Origin: Lingula anatina
Lineage: Eukaryota; Animalia; Brachiopoda
Length of the DNA stretch: 64,000 bases
Direction: 5' to 3'
Assembly: GCA_051362555.1 (NCBI GenBank)
Contig: CM120640.1
Location: 66,132,788-66,196,787, forward strand
This document shows, one piece after another, positions 25,887 to 45,252 of this stretch. Under the pieces are notes generated by a model. That model was not told where the DNA came from. It made no database searches and saw only the letters and a program-made list of their open reading frames with translations. Within the stretch, counting starts at the first letter, position 1. Every line of letters starts with the position of its first letter. The translations under genes were made by a program, and so were the position numbers.

Positions 25887-28800
25887 GGGTGCGGGCTGGG
25901 CACCGCTGGAGTCACTGCCAGCCACCCTGTGGGAGAGAGGAGTATGCTCTGCGTCAGCGGGGTCCCTTGACGTTACAGTGGAGATCGAAAACTTCAGTGC
26001 TTCGCAAGCACTTGTTGTGGCTTTCCTTGTGGAATGTTGCACCTCCGTGTTAAACGTTTGCTAGATCGACTTCCTCTGGTTTATTTAAACGTAGGTCTTA
26101 TCCCTCTTGTTTTGTCTCAGTTTTGATCCAACTGTCGTGTCAGGTGCATCGATAAGTGCTTTATGTATACAACAGCCTCCTGTTATTCTTTTCCACAATT
26201 TTAACTTTTACACAGAATATGCAAACCAGTGTTCATCCGGGTAGCTGTCAGAGCTCGAACTGCTACATGTGCCTAAAATGAAAGAAGCAAACAGTGATTT
26301 AATAGTACAGACTCGACTGGTAAAGTGAAAACACTCTTTTTTGCTATTCCTGTACACAACAAGTGAACTAGCCTACGTTGACTCAAAAAAGAAGGGCAAG
26401 TTCAGATGCGTGGTCCCGTATATTGTTCAGCCACCTCCGTAAAAGTTCACTTTTCAGTTCAAGTTGGCGTATTTTACAGATGTATACTGAATATTTCTTT
26501 CTCTTGTTTTTTTCAGTGCACTTGCCTTTTTAATAGCGAGTCATACATCAGAGTAATCTGCTAAACACCTTATTCTTTCCCAGTGTTTAGCGAACTACCT
26601 CCTCGGCTCTCTGTTACTTCACTTTAATATCGTGCACACCTACCACTGCTAGCTCGAATTAACGCTATCCTTTATCAGGTAGGAAGTGGGCATAAAACAG
26701 CATGTTTACCTTCGCTCAATTCATTTGAGTGCTGTCAGCTTGTGAATGACAGAAACAGGGGGCTCGCCAAGTTAACAGAATCAGACTTGATAATAAACCG
26801 CTTACCGGCTGTGGTGAGTTACGAATACGTTTGTAAGATATGTTACCTCATTACTGCCTGACTTATAAATATTCAGTGTCACTGAGTGAAATAATATAAC
26901 CTCCCTCTGAACAACCTAAGTCGCTAAAATTTACGTCCAATAATTATCGAATGATTTAATGAGGTTCATCTACATACACTGTAATTTTCACTCTCCTGGT
27001 ATCAAACCTGGAGGGGTCTGATTCCATTGCCATCATTCTTTATCATTAGCTCTTTTTTTTTTTTTTTGATGAATTCTTAATTACATGACCTGATAACAGC
27101 CCGAACTTTACCTTGCAAACAGGAAACAAGAAGGCACTATCATAACTGGCAAACATATATCGTATTTATTTAATGCTCTTACCAAAAGTTCAGTTAAATT
27201 CCTATAAAAATCAAGTAAAAAAAAACTTTGTCGTTTATATGCACTAAGATTATTTTAGAGTGTTTTGTACTAGTTTGTCAGTGATGCTTCAATTAACAGA
27301 AGATTTGGATGATGGATTTGGGGTGAAGTTATTATGGTTTATTTACAAGCCTTCAAATCTTCGTTATCCTGCAACGCTCTCTGTTTCAAAGTCAACACAT
27401 TGCACTGTCTAAATTGAGGCGTTCAAAGGGGGCCTTCACATGGGTATTTAGTCTTTCTTGTATGCCTTGGTATGTGGTTAGTGCGGTATCACGTTTAATG
27501 GGATTTCTTTTTTTTTTTGTGATGGCACTTGCTACGTAAGATGATATTAAAGATCAACACATTAGTAAGTTTGCTAGGGTGCGATCGGGGGCATGGCCAC
27601 AAAAATGGCTTCAAATATCTGACAAGCTCATTGTTTCAAGTTAGCATCTTCATTTCAGGAATAAACAGAAATTTTTCGTAAGTTCTTTTAAGGTGCGGGT
27701 TTTACCATGATTCCCGTTATCCACCCCCCCACCCCCCCCCCCCCACCCCCGAATAAAAGAAATAGATAGCATTCACTTTCAAACTTGATATCCAATAATG
27801 TCCTCTAAAGGTTTTGAAAGTTAAATCCAACGAGTTAAAGGTAAAACAGATATCATATGTTTGGTATTACTTTTGAGTTCGGGCACTCTATCTAATCGCA
27901 GAAATTCGAGCCACTGACATTTTTTGGATGATATAAAACAAGACCTGTAATGTTTTCTCCGAACTAATAGCGCAAGGACAGACGTTTCTTCCGTCAAACG
28001 ACTCCAGTTTCTTTCAGTGTTGGAGTCTTCTGTGTTTGAGATATAAATCTTAGTCTGCGGAGACAAAAATCCATCAGTCTGAAATGGGCCATTTGACAAA
28101 TATTGAATGGGTGCCCCCCGCCCGCCCTCGTCTCCGCACACATAAAATGCAACGACCTATGATATGACGTCTACGTGAACTAACATGACTATTTCTACTA
28201 CAGCAAATACAGGGATTATATATGTACTGTCAGTATGGGAGGACTTGACAATATCAGTAGATCTACTGAGGGACAACTTACCAAATCTGTTGAGGAACGA
28301 CTGAGTTGCGATGTTATGCAAATAATACTTTCGTTGTGTGTGACAGACGCATAAAACTAGATATTTGCACATTTCCTCGTTATCAAGTTGTCGATGTTTT
28401 CTTTACGTCATAATGACATCAGTTATCTACCATTTATGTCACATAAATCTATTCTAAAGGACCGATGGCAGCTACGGTGCCCTCAGTTTTCCAAGATTAC
28501 ATTTTTGATAGGCCATTCGGTCACCTTTTTATTGCGAAGAAAAATTGGAGAAGTTGCGTAACTTCTTGGTGAAGTATATCTATGACTATTAGGACTGAAC
28601 GTAATCGTAACCAATGAGTTGTAAGAAAGAAATTTGGTCAAAAATACTGACGAAATTATAAGTACTCAAAAAGGCGATCTTTGTAGAATGCCTGCTCTTC
28701 TCATAGAGAGAAAATAGATAGGATTTTATTTACTTTCGATGTCTGCTTATGTTAATGCAATTAGTGAAGACCTGGTACACGGTGTTGAAAAATGCAGGGC

Positions 28801-31800
28801 GGATGCTTCATTCCAGTAGTTTTAAGACATATGATGCTAAACACACATTGGCGATGATTGGTAATCAGAGTACACGCAATGTGCCCGCAATCTACAAACC
28901 AGAATACTCCAATATTTTAGGAATAAGAGATAACCAAAAGCATGAGAGCATCCTCACACGGGCGTGTTATTCTGTTACGAATGTTCACTTGAACCTCAGT
29001 TGATTTAAGATGAGAAATAAGTCAGGGAGACATACGTTGCCTAGTCTCACGCAGTCAATGGAATTGACATTAAGTATCCCTGTTAAGAACATGAATAAGG
29101 AGGGAATAGAAAATAAACTATAACGAGATGATCTACGGGCAATGTGGCTAGGTCTGCTTGAGGCTCGCACATTTTATAAAAGATTTAAGCGTCCGGTTTC
29201 CCTTTGGAAAAAAGAAGAAAGGAAGCTTAGCCTTTAACTTCAAGGAAGTGAATCCTCCCTAAATCAGTCCACAGACTGCGACCATATTGATCTTGTAATA
29301 TTTTGCATGAACTTGGAGAGGACAGTGTGTGTGTTTAGGTGCGCGGTATAGATACCAGTGCACTGGCACCACAAAGATATACCTTGATGCACGTGTCAAT
29401 ACATTTAATTAGTGAACTTTCCTTTTGAATAATTTGCACTTGGCATTTTGAAGTTTAATATTTACGTTTCGAATCGAAAACCATTCTTATGATTTTCCAC
29501 GTTTACGAAGAATCAAATTTGAAGTGTTTGTTTTAGTGCTTCGTCTGGATGGGCGGTATATATCCCGGTCCTTCTCGGTTCTAAAATAACTACGCTTGCA
29601 TAAAATAACAAGAACATTATTTCCTTATTTTGTTTATCATTAAAGAAGAACCGAGAAGTGCAGTCCTTAAATATTTCTGCTTAATTGGACAATGTGGTTA
29701 AATCACATGGCTTAAAGCCTTCTCAGAAAAGAACACCAGAGAAGGGAGAAATATGTTGCATTCAAAATCGTTTATAAAAGTTAAGGTAATCTTAATTAGC
29801 GCGGATCATTTCATGCATGTATTTGAATAAGGCACGGGATTGCCATAGTATAATTAAAAACAATACTGTTCATTTTAATTGCTTTACTTTGCTTTTTCGG
29901 GTCTCATAGCAACTTAATGCCCCTCGTCTGACTCCAACCGAAAAGAATGCTTACTTATCATATGTTATATTTTTACTTGAATTGATACCACAACGCTCGG
30001 TATAGGAATTTCTCAAAATTCACTTGTGTACTCTACGGGAACCCCGTGCCCCTTGCGACCAGGTAACCAAAAACGATAAAACCATATGTCTGCAATTTCC
30101 ACTGAGGTCGCGCCCTCTCAGAACTTAAAGAGACCCCACCAGACCCCATGAGGTATTAACTTCTCATCAAAACTCGCATGGTAAAACTCACACGAACAGA
30201 TACATTAGAGTGATCAAAGAATTTTATTCATTGCTGAATATAACGGTGTAATTTTTATTCAAACAGTGGAATACTCTGACGCAATAAATGACAGGCATTT
30301 AGGACACATTCCAGGAAAAGTTTACACTTCAGAAAGAATCAGACGTGGTAACCAAACTTAGTAGACCTGCGAATTAAGAGGTTATCTGCGTGCTTACCAG
30401 AAACTATACTTTGCGCAGAGTGCATGCTAAGCGCAATGTTTTGAGGACAAATGAAAAAAAGTCGTGTTAAAAGTGTTAAAAATGACAATTTTACATGAAA
30501 TCCTTGGTACCCGCAATTCCTTATTAAACTTTGTGTTTTGGTAAAATTAAGCGTACCCGCCAACATCGGAAATTATCAATAAAAGGTTTAGTTTTTGTTT
30601 AATTGGACGGGGGGATTCAGAATTTTTTTTCATTACGTGATCTGAATCCTATATTTTATACATTTGTATTGCAATAACAGCACTCATTCCAAAGAGAAGA
30701 CGACATAAAGAATATAGTTTATCGTACTATATCACTGCCATCATGGTGAATACAGACTTGAGCTCATGTGAAAAAAACCCTCCCCTATAATGTAAATCTG
30801 TTCTGACACTCGACTAGCAGCTCCTGTAGTCAGGGAGGGCAATGTTTTTCCTTTTATCTTGCTGTTGAATTAAAGCCAGTTTAATAATCGTTCCTTTGTA
30901 CAACTTCAGTATACAATGTTTGCTATTTTCATATTATATAGGTTGCGAAAAAACGAGTTTACGTACGAGGAATCCAAGATAAAAACAGTTTTCTCTCGGA
31001 CCAAACGAAATTCAGACACCAATCTTAACATGCATTTAATTTGGAGAAATGTTTTGTATTGACGTCAATTTAACCTGATTTCGCAATAGCCAGTCCAGCA
31101 AGGTTACTGCCACAATAATAACAACGTGCGTCCAATAAGGAATCCTACCTCAGCGACATCTCTTGTAACAACTTGTAACAAACAGGGTAATGTCCTCTTA
31201 GCTATCAATATATCAGGTACAGGAGTCAATTCTCTTCCCTTGCTTCACTTTCTTTTTGCGTAGAATTAGGGTCATTTTGAAAATGAAATTAAATACACTT
31301 CTTCCTTCTAAATTCTGCTTTTCTTGTTGACTTGCCCGGCCATGGGTCGCTCGGGTTAAACGGCGGGAGTGAAGGATGATTGAAATCCCCTGTGGATATG
31401 TATCGAAATAATTAAATGACAAACCTCCGGCTCCAGTGAAATAAACGAGTTGAGATTTTTAAAACACTATTGGTTACGTTTTGCTTCAAATACCATCGGT
31501 TCCAATGGGCTGTTTTCTTTTATCTTGTTTATCATATTCATGTTTGTTCGAGTACATCTGCCAAAATTCTATTTTTCCCACTTGCCCCGATAAATACCTA
31601 AATTTCAGACGCCACGTATTTGGCCACGAGCTTAAGTCTGGATTAACGCGGCGAGCAACAAAACGTGAGGGGGCCTAGAGATTGGCCGATTCCCCAGTTT
31701 TATCAAATGAACAAGAGTATCTCTATTTCAACTCAAAATCACGATATAATAGGATTTTATAGAAGTTAAGCTAGCTCGTCCTTAGCGAGCTGATACGAGG

Positions 31801-31912
31801 ACGTAAATACCCAATGTAATAGGTGGAGGATGGTAACAGCTAACTCGGTATTGGGTTTAAGAAGGTTGAATCGGTGTGTATCACCAACATAAGAGAAATG
31901 TGCATGTCAGGT

Positions 31913-32837
31913 AGATTAATGAAAAACAAATAGGGGCCTACTAAAAGATATTTGTTACTACATGTATGAGTCATCTCCTTTTTCTCATTGAACTATTTCA
32001 GCAGACATTAAATCTGCGTAACGGAAAATTGAATGAGAAATATGTTTGTTGTGGGTACGCAGACACGTGACGTTTATGTGCGAACTGTTCAGTAAGGTCT
32101 GAGTAGTGTTAATATCATGTGACTGGTCACTTGAGTAGTGTTATCAAATAGAAGGTGATGAGGAAAAGTAGATTTTAGAGTTAGGTCATTCGAAGGCTCT
32201 TTCGCATTCCGTGAAGATGGCAGAGAATATATATATAATTCCCTCCCACCCACCCAATTTGAAGGAGTTTTACTTTATAAATTAAAAGAAAAAGTGTGTT
32301 AAGCTTGTTTGTTTGAATAAATATATTTAATAAATAAATACGAGATATAATAAGTAAAGATTAGAAAGAATAGAGAAATTAGTTTTAGTCTTAGTTCAAG
32401 CTTTTCAGTGTTATACTTATTTCGTAACAGAACGTTTTAATTTTTCAGCTCGGATCCTGGTACGGCAGAAGACAAAGCAAGATGGAGTTAAAAAAAAAAA
32501 AAAACTCAAGAACTGATCATTATCATTATTATTTTATTACACTTTTAAAAGACTTGTTTTACATATATTTGTTTTAATCACTTTGTTCAAAGTTTGGTTC
32601 ATTAAAATAATAATAATAAGAATAGCAAGGATATAATTATGGTTTTCAATGTTCAACAACGACTGAATTTATGGCAATTCAAACGGAAATAAAGCACACG
32701 GAACGAAATGAGATTAATGAAAAACAAATAGGGGCCTACTAAAAGATATTTATTACTACATGTATGAGTCATCTCCTTTTTCTCATTGAACTATTTCAGC
32801 AGACATTAAATCTGCGTAACGGAAAATTGAATGAGAA
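31913..32837. repeat. 127-bp near-identical direct repeat pair (31913-32039 and 32711-32837)
   Basis: agattaatgaaaaacaaataggggcctact...ggaaaattgaatgagaa occurs twice with a single g/a difference. Confidence 0.9.
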
Positions 32838-33118
32838 CCACACTTTATAGTACGTTGTTTCCTTTATAATGTAGGCTATATGGTAAATCCTGCCATACAC
32901 CTAATCTATTCATCTTGAAGGGAATGTTTTCAATACCAATTCAACGTTCAACGACAACGAAATATCTGAGATTTTAGTTTTTCTAAGATATTGGTTTTCA
33001 CAATAGCAAATCGTTTGAAAAACAGTGAACTCAATAAACATGTCCCTGTCAGAAATACAGAAAAACCATGATCCACGACATTAATGGGGTATCTGGACAA
33101 CTTGAATGCTTCCGTTTC

Positions 33119-33124
33119 AAAAAA

Positions 33125-33185
<61 letters not shown>
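33119..33185. repeat. poly(A) + (TA)n microsatellite
   Basis: A-run followed by TA repeats. Confidence 0.9.
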
Positions 33186-33189
<4 letters not shown>

Positions 33190-33763
33190 AAGATCTAGTA
33201 CTGGACGAGGTTGGGTATTGCCTCAGGTGAGATAATGATTGCAGTCACAATTTGTCAGCTGATTTGTTACTGGTGAGAGACGGCATCGCGTTGAAATAAT
33301 AAATAAATAAATAAATAAATAAATAAATCATTAAAGTTGCTCACCCGTCTCAAACAGACGTCCAAATTTATAAATTGAATTGCATATATGAATTTTGAGT
33401 GACTATCCTGTGACTCAAATATTCTCTTTAAATGATGTCACTATTGTTTACGGGGTATTCCGCCTCAACCTCTGCCTCAACTTCAACCTCAACCACACAC
33501 ACACACACAATAATATAATACTAATTTTAAGACTTATGTTGACCGTTTTTATTCAGTAACCAAAATAACATTCATGGAATTAAAGTTATGAGATAAAAAA
33601 AACATGTATTCGTATTTCGCAACGTCACAATATCATGATATGATAGAAATTGATAAATTATTCAAATCAACATAAAGACATACAAAACGTCCTTCACATC
33701 GTTCACGGAATATACAAGTAGCATTCTAGTTGATAGTTGTCACTGGCGTTCAGGCTATCACAG

Positions 33764-33991
33764 CCGTTCACATGGAAAATCTATTTTCTAAAAATCTATT
33801 TTCTATTCGAGGTATCTTGTAATCACGGTCCCTGTGCCCCGTATATCCCGAGAATTAATTACAGCTTTGGAAGTAACTGGCTCGCGCCGCCAGTAATTAT
33901 GCCGCGGGATATTCAGGGCACAGGGACCGTGATTACAAGATACCGCGAATAGAAAATAGATTTTTAGAAAATAGACTTGTCATGTGAACGG
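33764..33991. mobile_element. Foldback/hairpin MITE just downstream of the Cys-rich peptide gene
   Basis: ~95-bp arms: ccgttcacatg..tctattttctaaaaatctattttctattcg.ggtatcttgtaatcacggtccctgtgccc and its reverse complement. TSD not clear. Confidence 0.8.
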
Positions 33992-34333
33992 GACCATTCT
34001 CGGGACCGTTCTCGATCTTGCGTTGTTTTGTATATATCATATGTATGATACCGTGGCGTCCGGAATGTTGACAGTGCTTCGGAACAAATTGCAGGAAACC
34101 ACAAGGACCGAGAAGTTTGGTGCAAAACGTGCACGACATATGAGCCCTTGTATTTTCCGTTTGTGTCATCAATCTGAACACAAAATAAGTTGTCGTGCAC
34201 CGGTCATAGACTCTACCGGTTTACTATCTAATACACAAGTGTATTCGATCTAAGTAGCTTAGGTCATTAGTTTCTGTGAGTGAGACTCTTTTTCTCTTTT
34301 CAGCATCTCAACAGGTATGTCGTCCCATTGGAG

Positions 34334-34544
34334 TTAAGAGAGAGCGAGTGAGCAATCAGTACAACCACAGCATCTCTTGTGCCGTATATGAGGAAGGTCT
34401 CTCTTCAAACGCATCTAAATCAAAAGTAAACAAAAAATAGCATTGAATACGTTTACAAGGATTACACTCATTTCCATAAGCAGATTTAGTTAACAATGAT
34501 GATAACTGATAATTATAGATTTAGAAATCTGTAACACATTGTTT

Positions 34545-34596
<52 letters not shown>

Positions 34597-35109
34597 GAGG
34601 GAGGGAGGGAGAGACTAGCAGTAAAAAGTTAACAGATTTAGAAATTGACAAACGGCGAATTAAGCTTTTCGCTAAGAGATGATTTCTTACCTGTTTCTTC
34701 CCTTCGTTTGCCTCTGCGATTTCGCAACATCGAACAACACAGGGACAAACTAATAAAAAAAAATAAATAAAAAAAATAATAATAATAATAAACGCTAAGA
34801 ATAAATTTCATATTTAAAAATAGTGAATTGTACAAGCATATTACTAGATCTACTTCATTAGTACATTTGTATAACCTAGGATCCAATATATTGGATCTCA
34901 GTACGTATAACCTTCCACGATTAACATATTAGTGCATAAAAAATGTGCTTTATTTCTTTGTCTTTTTTAAAATATAATAATTCACGATCAGTTATGCCAA
35001 ACTCACCTCTCCCAATCAGGCCAAAGTCTGGAACCCCTGTCAATTCGGCTGACACAGAGGAACACAGCACCAGAGCGATGAAAAATGTTATCGTCAATAA
35101 ACTCTTCAT
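34334..35109 (-). CDS. Small secreted cysteine-rich prepropeptide, 80 aa: MKSLLTITFFIALVLCSSVSA-ELTGVPDFGLIGRVCPCVVRCCEIAEANEGKKQMRLKRDLPHIRHKRCCGCTDCSLALS; exons 35109-35007, 34749-34691, 34414-34334
   Basis: Acceptor tattttcag|ATG. Donors AG|gtgagt and CAG|gtaaga; acceptors ttttattag and tttgatttag. Phases 1 and 0 join into an open 243-nt frame with a signal peptide, 8 Cys in two clusters and KK/KR/RHKR sites. Confidence 0.8.
34549..34613. repeat. (GA)n microsatellite
   Basis: GA run in the last intron of the peptide gene. Confidence 0.9.
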
Positions 35110-35427
35110 CTGAAAATAAATGAAGATAAACAAATGTGTTACAAATAGTTATGCTTATTGCAAACAGGGTCGGATTGAGGCCGTCTTCTGGGTCTTCAGG
35201 AAGACGGTCAGATTTTCAAGTTTACAGTAACGGGTATCTAATTTTTGCTGTCGGAAGACGGTCAAAAATGGGGCATGGATCAACAAAAATAATTTAGAAG
35301 ACTGTCAGAAAATATCTCTGGATCCGCTGGACTGGCTAGACTAGGAAAAATCGACAATATAAAGCCGTTTTGTCAGTGTTTAAAACATATTAACTGTACG
35401 ATGTTATAAACATCAAGCATACCTTAC

Positions 35428-35500
35428 CTTGTCGTTTGTAGACTTTTCGATTCAAAACTAGAAGTAAGTATCCGGTGGCAGCAGGGACCAGGCTATTTAT
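35428..35500 (-). promoter_or_regulatory. TATA-like box and short non-coding first exon of the Cys-rich peptide gene
   Basis: On the minus strand, cATAAATAg at ~35500-35493 is followed ~70 nt later by a strong donor AAG|gtaagg (~35428). This could splice to the acceptor directly before the ATG at 35109. Confidence 0.55.
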
Positions 35501-36391
35501 GGCACCTTTAGTTCCGGGTGTCCAGAAATACACCCCATGAGGATTGTCCGTGCTCTCTGCTAGACTACAAAACAAGTGCACGGGAGTGGAGCGAACCCGG
35601 AAGCAAATTCACCATAATAAGGAAGAGCCATTAATTTTAAGGCGTGACTTGAAATTTTAAAATTCTAAATCAAAATGAGTTATGACACGAAGTCACATTA
35701 ATAGATATTGTAATGGCTAATTATAAGTGATGGCACGGATTTCCGGTAAGCGTCAGGATCCCAGATCTGCCAAACAGTTTTAGCGCTACTGGATAATTAT
35801 TATATCATCTTCTTGAAATATCTGTTGTTTAATCTTATATATTTATATTAAAACATTTTTTTTTTCACCAATACAATTTTTGAATCAGATTTTCTTGACT
35901 GCTTGACTGACAATTTAATTCAATTTTTTAAGGAACAATCAATAAACAAATGCACAAACATCATTGTAAAACTTCTTTTTAATGTCTCTCATTCACCTTC
36001 TTAAAAAGAAAACATTACAACAACATCTGAATTATACTTCTTTTTCTTTCATACAAGGCAATAAATATAAAATAATAATAATTAAATTAAATTAAAAAAC
36101 TAGGACAGATGCATAGGTAAATATAATTTATCTTCCATTCTGTAATAGATAAATATCTCTGAAGAAAGGAATATTTTTTTTCAAAACAGAATAAACCATT
36201 TTCTTAAATTCGTAAATATCCACCATCAACAACCATCCATATTTTAGTGACAAATGTTTACATTTAGCTGCTATGTATAAATATTTATAAAATATACCAG
36301 TAGTACAACCTTGTCTTCAATATTCATTTTCAACACTGATGTAAAATACAGGTACAGTTCCTTGGTGCTTAGTAATGAAGGCAATGGAAGT

Positions 36392-41926
<5,535 letters not shown>

Positions 41927-42803
41927 CGTTTTAAAGGATTATTACATTAAATAAAAATAATAAATCCCAAATAAATATACGCAAACATAGAACGCAGGCC
42001 CATAAATTATCAGTGATGTTAAAATATATTGTTGATCCTAAATGATACCTTAACGGTAAAACTTTTGCCTCATTGAATGATTGTTTACATTCCTAATCGC
42101 CATTTTGAAAACCGGAAATAAGTATATAGTAAATTGGGAATAGCTTTTGAATTGCCTAAAATTGATTTATCCCATATCCTCATTTTACTGACTTAAAACG
42201 ATTCCAGGGCGATTTAAAGTTAAGGTACTATCATAAAATCATAAATACATACATAATTTAAAAATTCGACAAGTAATTTTCTTTCTCCATAGAAAATAAT
42301 CCCTTATTTCGTGGCATCCATCTCACACAGTAACGAAAGTGATGTTTGTACGTTGTCTCAAAAACGCTCATTTGGGTGCATCATATTATGTTTGAACGTA
42401 TTTCATCACGCACAAACTACATTAAATAAAATCACTGCACCAATGACTAAATTGCTGTTTATGTAAAGTTTCTCGAGCGACCGCGCAAACAGGTTGAGGG
42501 TCTTAACTTTTTGTTTCAAACACAACATAACACATGAAGACTGGTAACTTGTCGGATAAAAGCTACATATAGTTGATAAGTCTAGTATTCTACCAGATAG
42601 GTAATACACGTCTGTGACTGAAACGGTTAAAGCGGGCAACAGTAGAAAGACCTTGACCGACATTGACGTCGCTCTTCTTTAACGAGAGGTTGCGAGATTT
42701 AAGCCCGATTAAAGGTTAAAGATGGTTGTGGCGGCCTGAAGAGTGCCTTCAACTTGGGTTAAGTTGTTTTAATGACAAAGACAAGCACACTTTACGTTTC
42801 ATC
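41927..42803. promoter_or_regulatory. Bidirectional promoter region between UBXN11 and PXMP2
   Basis: Divergent ATGs ~880 bp apart. YY1-like CGCCATTTT at 42098-42106, ETS-like ACCGGAAA at 42111, CRE-like TGACGTC at 42664. Confidence 0.6.
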
Positions 42804-45252
42804 ATGAGTTTAAGCAAAGGTAGTGATGACTCTTTCATAGAGAAGCTGTTCAAGGAATATTCAAGACTCCTGAGGGAGAAGCCGGTGCTCACAAAAGCAG
42901 TTACAAGGTGCCCGCTTCCATTGTCATAAAATCTAGATATATTATTTTTCATCATGCCAAATTTATCATCAATTTAACATTGAAATGATATTAATTCCAT
43001 AACTACAGTTAAGTAAGTTTTATTGCATACTCACTGTATGAAGATAGACCGTTGTCATAAACGTATCTCCAGGCTGCCTCGGGCTACTCGAGAGAGAGAG
43101 TGCAAGAACAAGTTTTTACAAAAAGAAAGTAACCTTCCACAACCGTACCTTGCTTGAAAATTTTCTAAGACCCCATTCCCATGCCTACATGGATCTAGCG
43201 AGATCGGTCCATCTCCGAGGGGATTCTCGCTAAATTGCTCTCAGTTTAAGAGGCTTAGAAGTTTAGCTGGCACGCCTACTGAAGCGCTAAGAGAAACTTA
43301 ATTACCGGGCCCTTACCAGCTTCAGTAGGCGTGTCAGACATCAGAGCTGCTTAAGCTGAAAGCAATTAAGCGAGAATTCCCTCAGAGATGAACCGATCTC
43401 GCTAGATTGCTAACAACGTTCTAGATCGATCTAAGTATGGGAACCCACTCTAGGTCATCCTTGTCTGAACTTTTCCACACAGGCAAACTAGTCCATCACA
43501 TTATTTGTTATTTTTGACCTTGTTATTTATTTTTTGTTTGTCTGTGAGCACATGTAGTAAGTTTATGAAAATTATGTAGGTAGAGCCAGAAACCAGTTAA
43601 TCTAGAAAATTGTGACAGTCTTTAAATGGCGAAAACTTAAATATTAAATTTTTTACAGTGCCATCAGTTCTGGTCTTGGGAATTTTTTATCGCAAGTCAT
43701 ATCAGGGAATCATAAAGTTGGTGGAATACAGTGGAGAAGTGTAGCAGCATTCTCAATATTCGGGTAAGATGAAGATAGCAGCTAGCAAGTTGTTTTTCCC
43801 TTTGTATGCTCTGTACCTGTTTAACCACAGTACTGTACCATTAACAGAAGTTTGTCTACCTAGAGATAATTGCTTTGCTTAAAGTAAGAAATAACCAGTA
43901 ACTTACTACTATAATTCCAGTCAAGTAAGAAATTATCTTATTACTGAAATTCCAGTTTCCCCTTTTAAAAGAAATTGGGATGATTATTATTTATCTCTTT
44001 ATTCATCTTTCTATTCTGTCAGTTAATAAATAGGCAATCTCTCTCTCCCTCCCTCTCTCTCTCTCTCTCTCTTTAATTAATTTCCCCTAGAATTTAGGGT
44101 GACAATTGAAAAAATAACTACTTGTTGTTTTTGCATAAAAAGAGCATTCTTCTTCTAAATTGAGTATTTCTTTTGCAGGTTTGTAATCACAGGTCCTCTG
44201 ACACACAACTTCTACTCATGGCTGGACACAGCTGTGCCCAAAACTGCATCCTATGCTGGCTTGAAGAGGATCGTTATTGATAGATTTGTATTTGCACCAC
44301 CATTTCTGCTACTTTTCTTCTACATTGTTGCAATATTAGAGGTAATAAATGATTGGGGTTTGTGTGGGGGTATTACTAGTAATGTACTACTAGGCTTATA
44401 TTTTCATGGTTGCCAACATATGAGTTTTGAAATGTGCAAATTGTTTGCCATGCTCTTAGCAAGAAAAAAGTGGCATCTGAAAACATTTGCAATCTGTCAA
44501 AATGCATAGATTATGTGTGAAAGGGTAAAAATGGCAACCCTTTATGTTTAACCACTGTAAATGTACTTTTTGTGCCCTAACTATGATATTGATATGATAT
44601 TTTATAATTTTTAAAACAAATAATTTGAAGTGAAAACCACTCACGCTCTGTAGAATATCTTAGTTAATTAGATGTAATGAAAGTTGGTGTTATGTACAAG
44701 TGCACATGCATTGTTGATCACAAAGTTGACAATTCATTGGTTGTGTTTGTAGGGCCAAAGTTCTGATGCTGCTATTCAGAAAATAAGAGAGTTCTACTGG
44801 GGAGCATTGAAGATGAACTGGAGAGTATGGGGCATTTTCCAGTATATAAATGTCAATTATGTTCCACAACAGGTAAATTTCTTGACATATTATTTTGTAA
44901 CCTCTGAAAAAATTTAGTGTCATATAAATTATATACTATTTCTTTAAGATGATATCTTTAATTGTGTCACTCACCCCAATTGGTGATTTGAAAAAAAGAA
45001 AGAAATAATTATGTGACTAAGCTTCAGTAAAAATTGCTACTATGCATTATGTTTTACTACAACTAAATAAATAACTTTTACTACAACTAAATAAATCAGG
45101 TATAATATTGTTTTCTGCATTACATGCTTTCCATTATAACATTAATGTATACATGACCTTTATATTACCTTATTCCATTACAGTACAGAGTGTTGTTTGC
45201 CAACCTGGTGTCTCTAGGGTGGAATATTTACCTGGCAGCAAGGAGACAGTGA
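42804..45252 (+). CDS. PXMP2: Peroxisomal membrane protein 2 (Mpv17/PMP22 family), ~186 aa; exons 42804-42907, 43659-43763, 44179-44341, 44753-44872, 45184-45252
   Basis: PVLTKAVTSAISSGLGNFLSQ, GFVITGPLTHNFYSWL, DRFVFAPPFLLLFF, ALKMNWRVWGIFQYINVNYVPQQYRVLFANLVSLGWNIYLA. Canonical splice sites; 561 nt. Confidence 0.95.
43169..43450. mobile_element. Hairpin MITE in PXMP2 intron 1
   Basis: Nested inverted arms atctagcgagatcgg...cgct.aattgc and cacgcctactgaagc/gcttcagtaggcgtg. Terminus gaccccattcccat matches the end of 10859-11082. Confidence 0.75.

Noticed and set aside
25887-26042. N-terminal extension of RERG suggested by the ORF track
   Set aside because: Begins at GTG with an in-frame stop just upstream; the first ATG is at 25886. 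It would need an unsupported upstream exon.
27821-28372. Two minus-strand ORFs upstream of RERG
   Set aside because: No domain signature or credible exon chain; likely an old repeat or chance.
34334-35109. Calling the Cys-rich peptide an insulin-like peptide or metallothionein
   Set aside because: Cys spacing does not fit insulin A/B chains; the signal peptide and convertase sites are atypical of metallothioneins.
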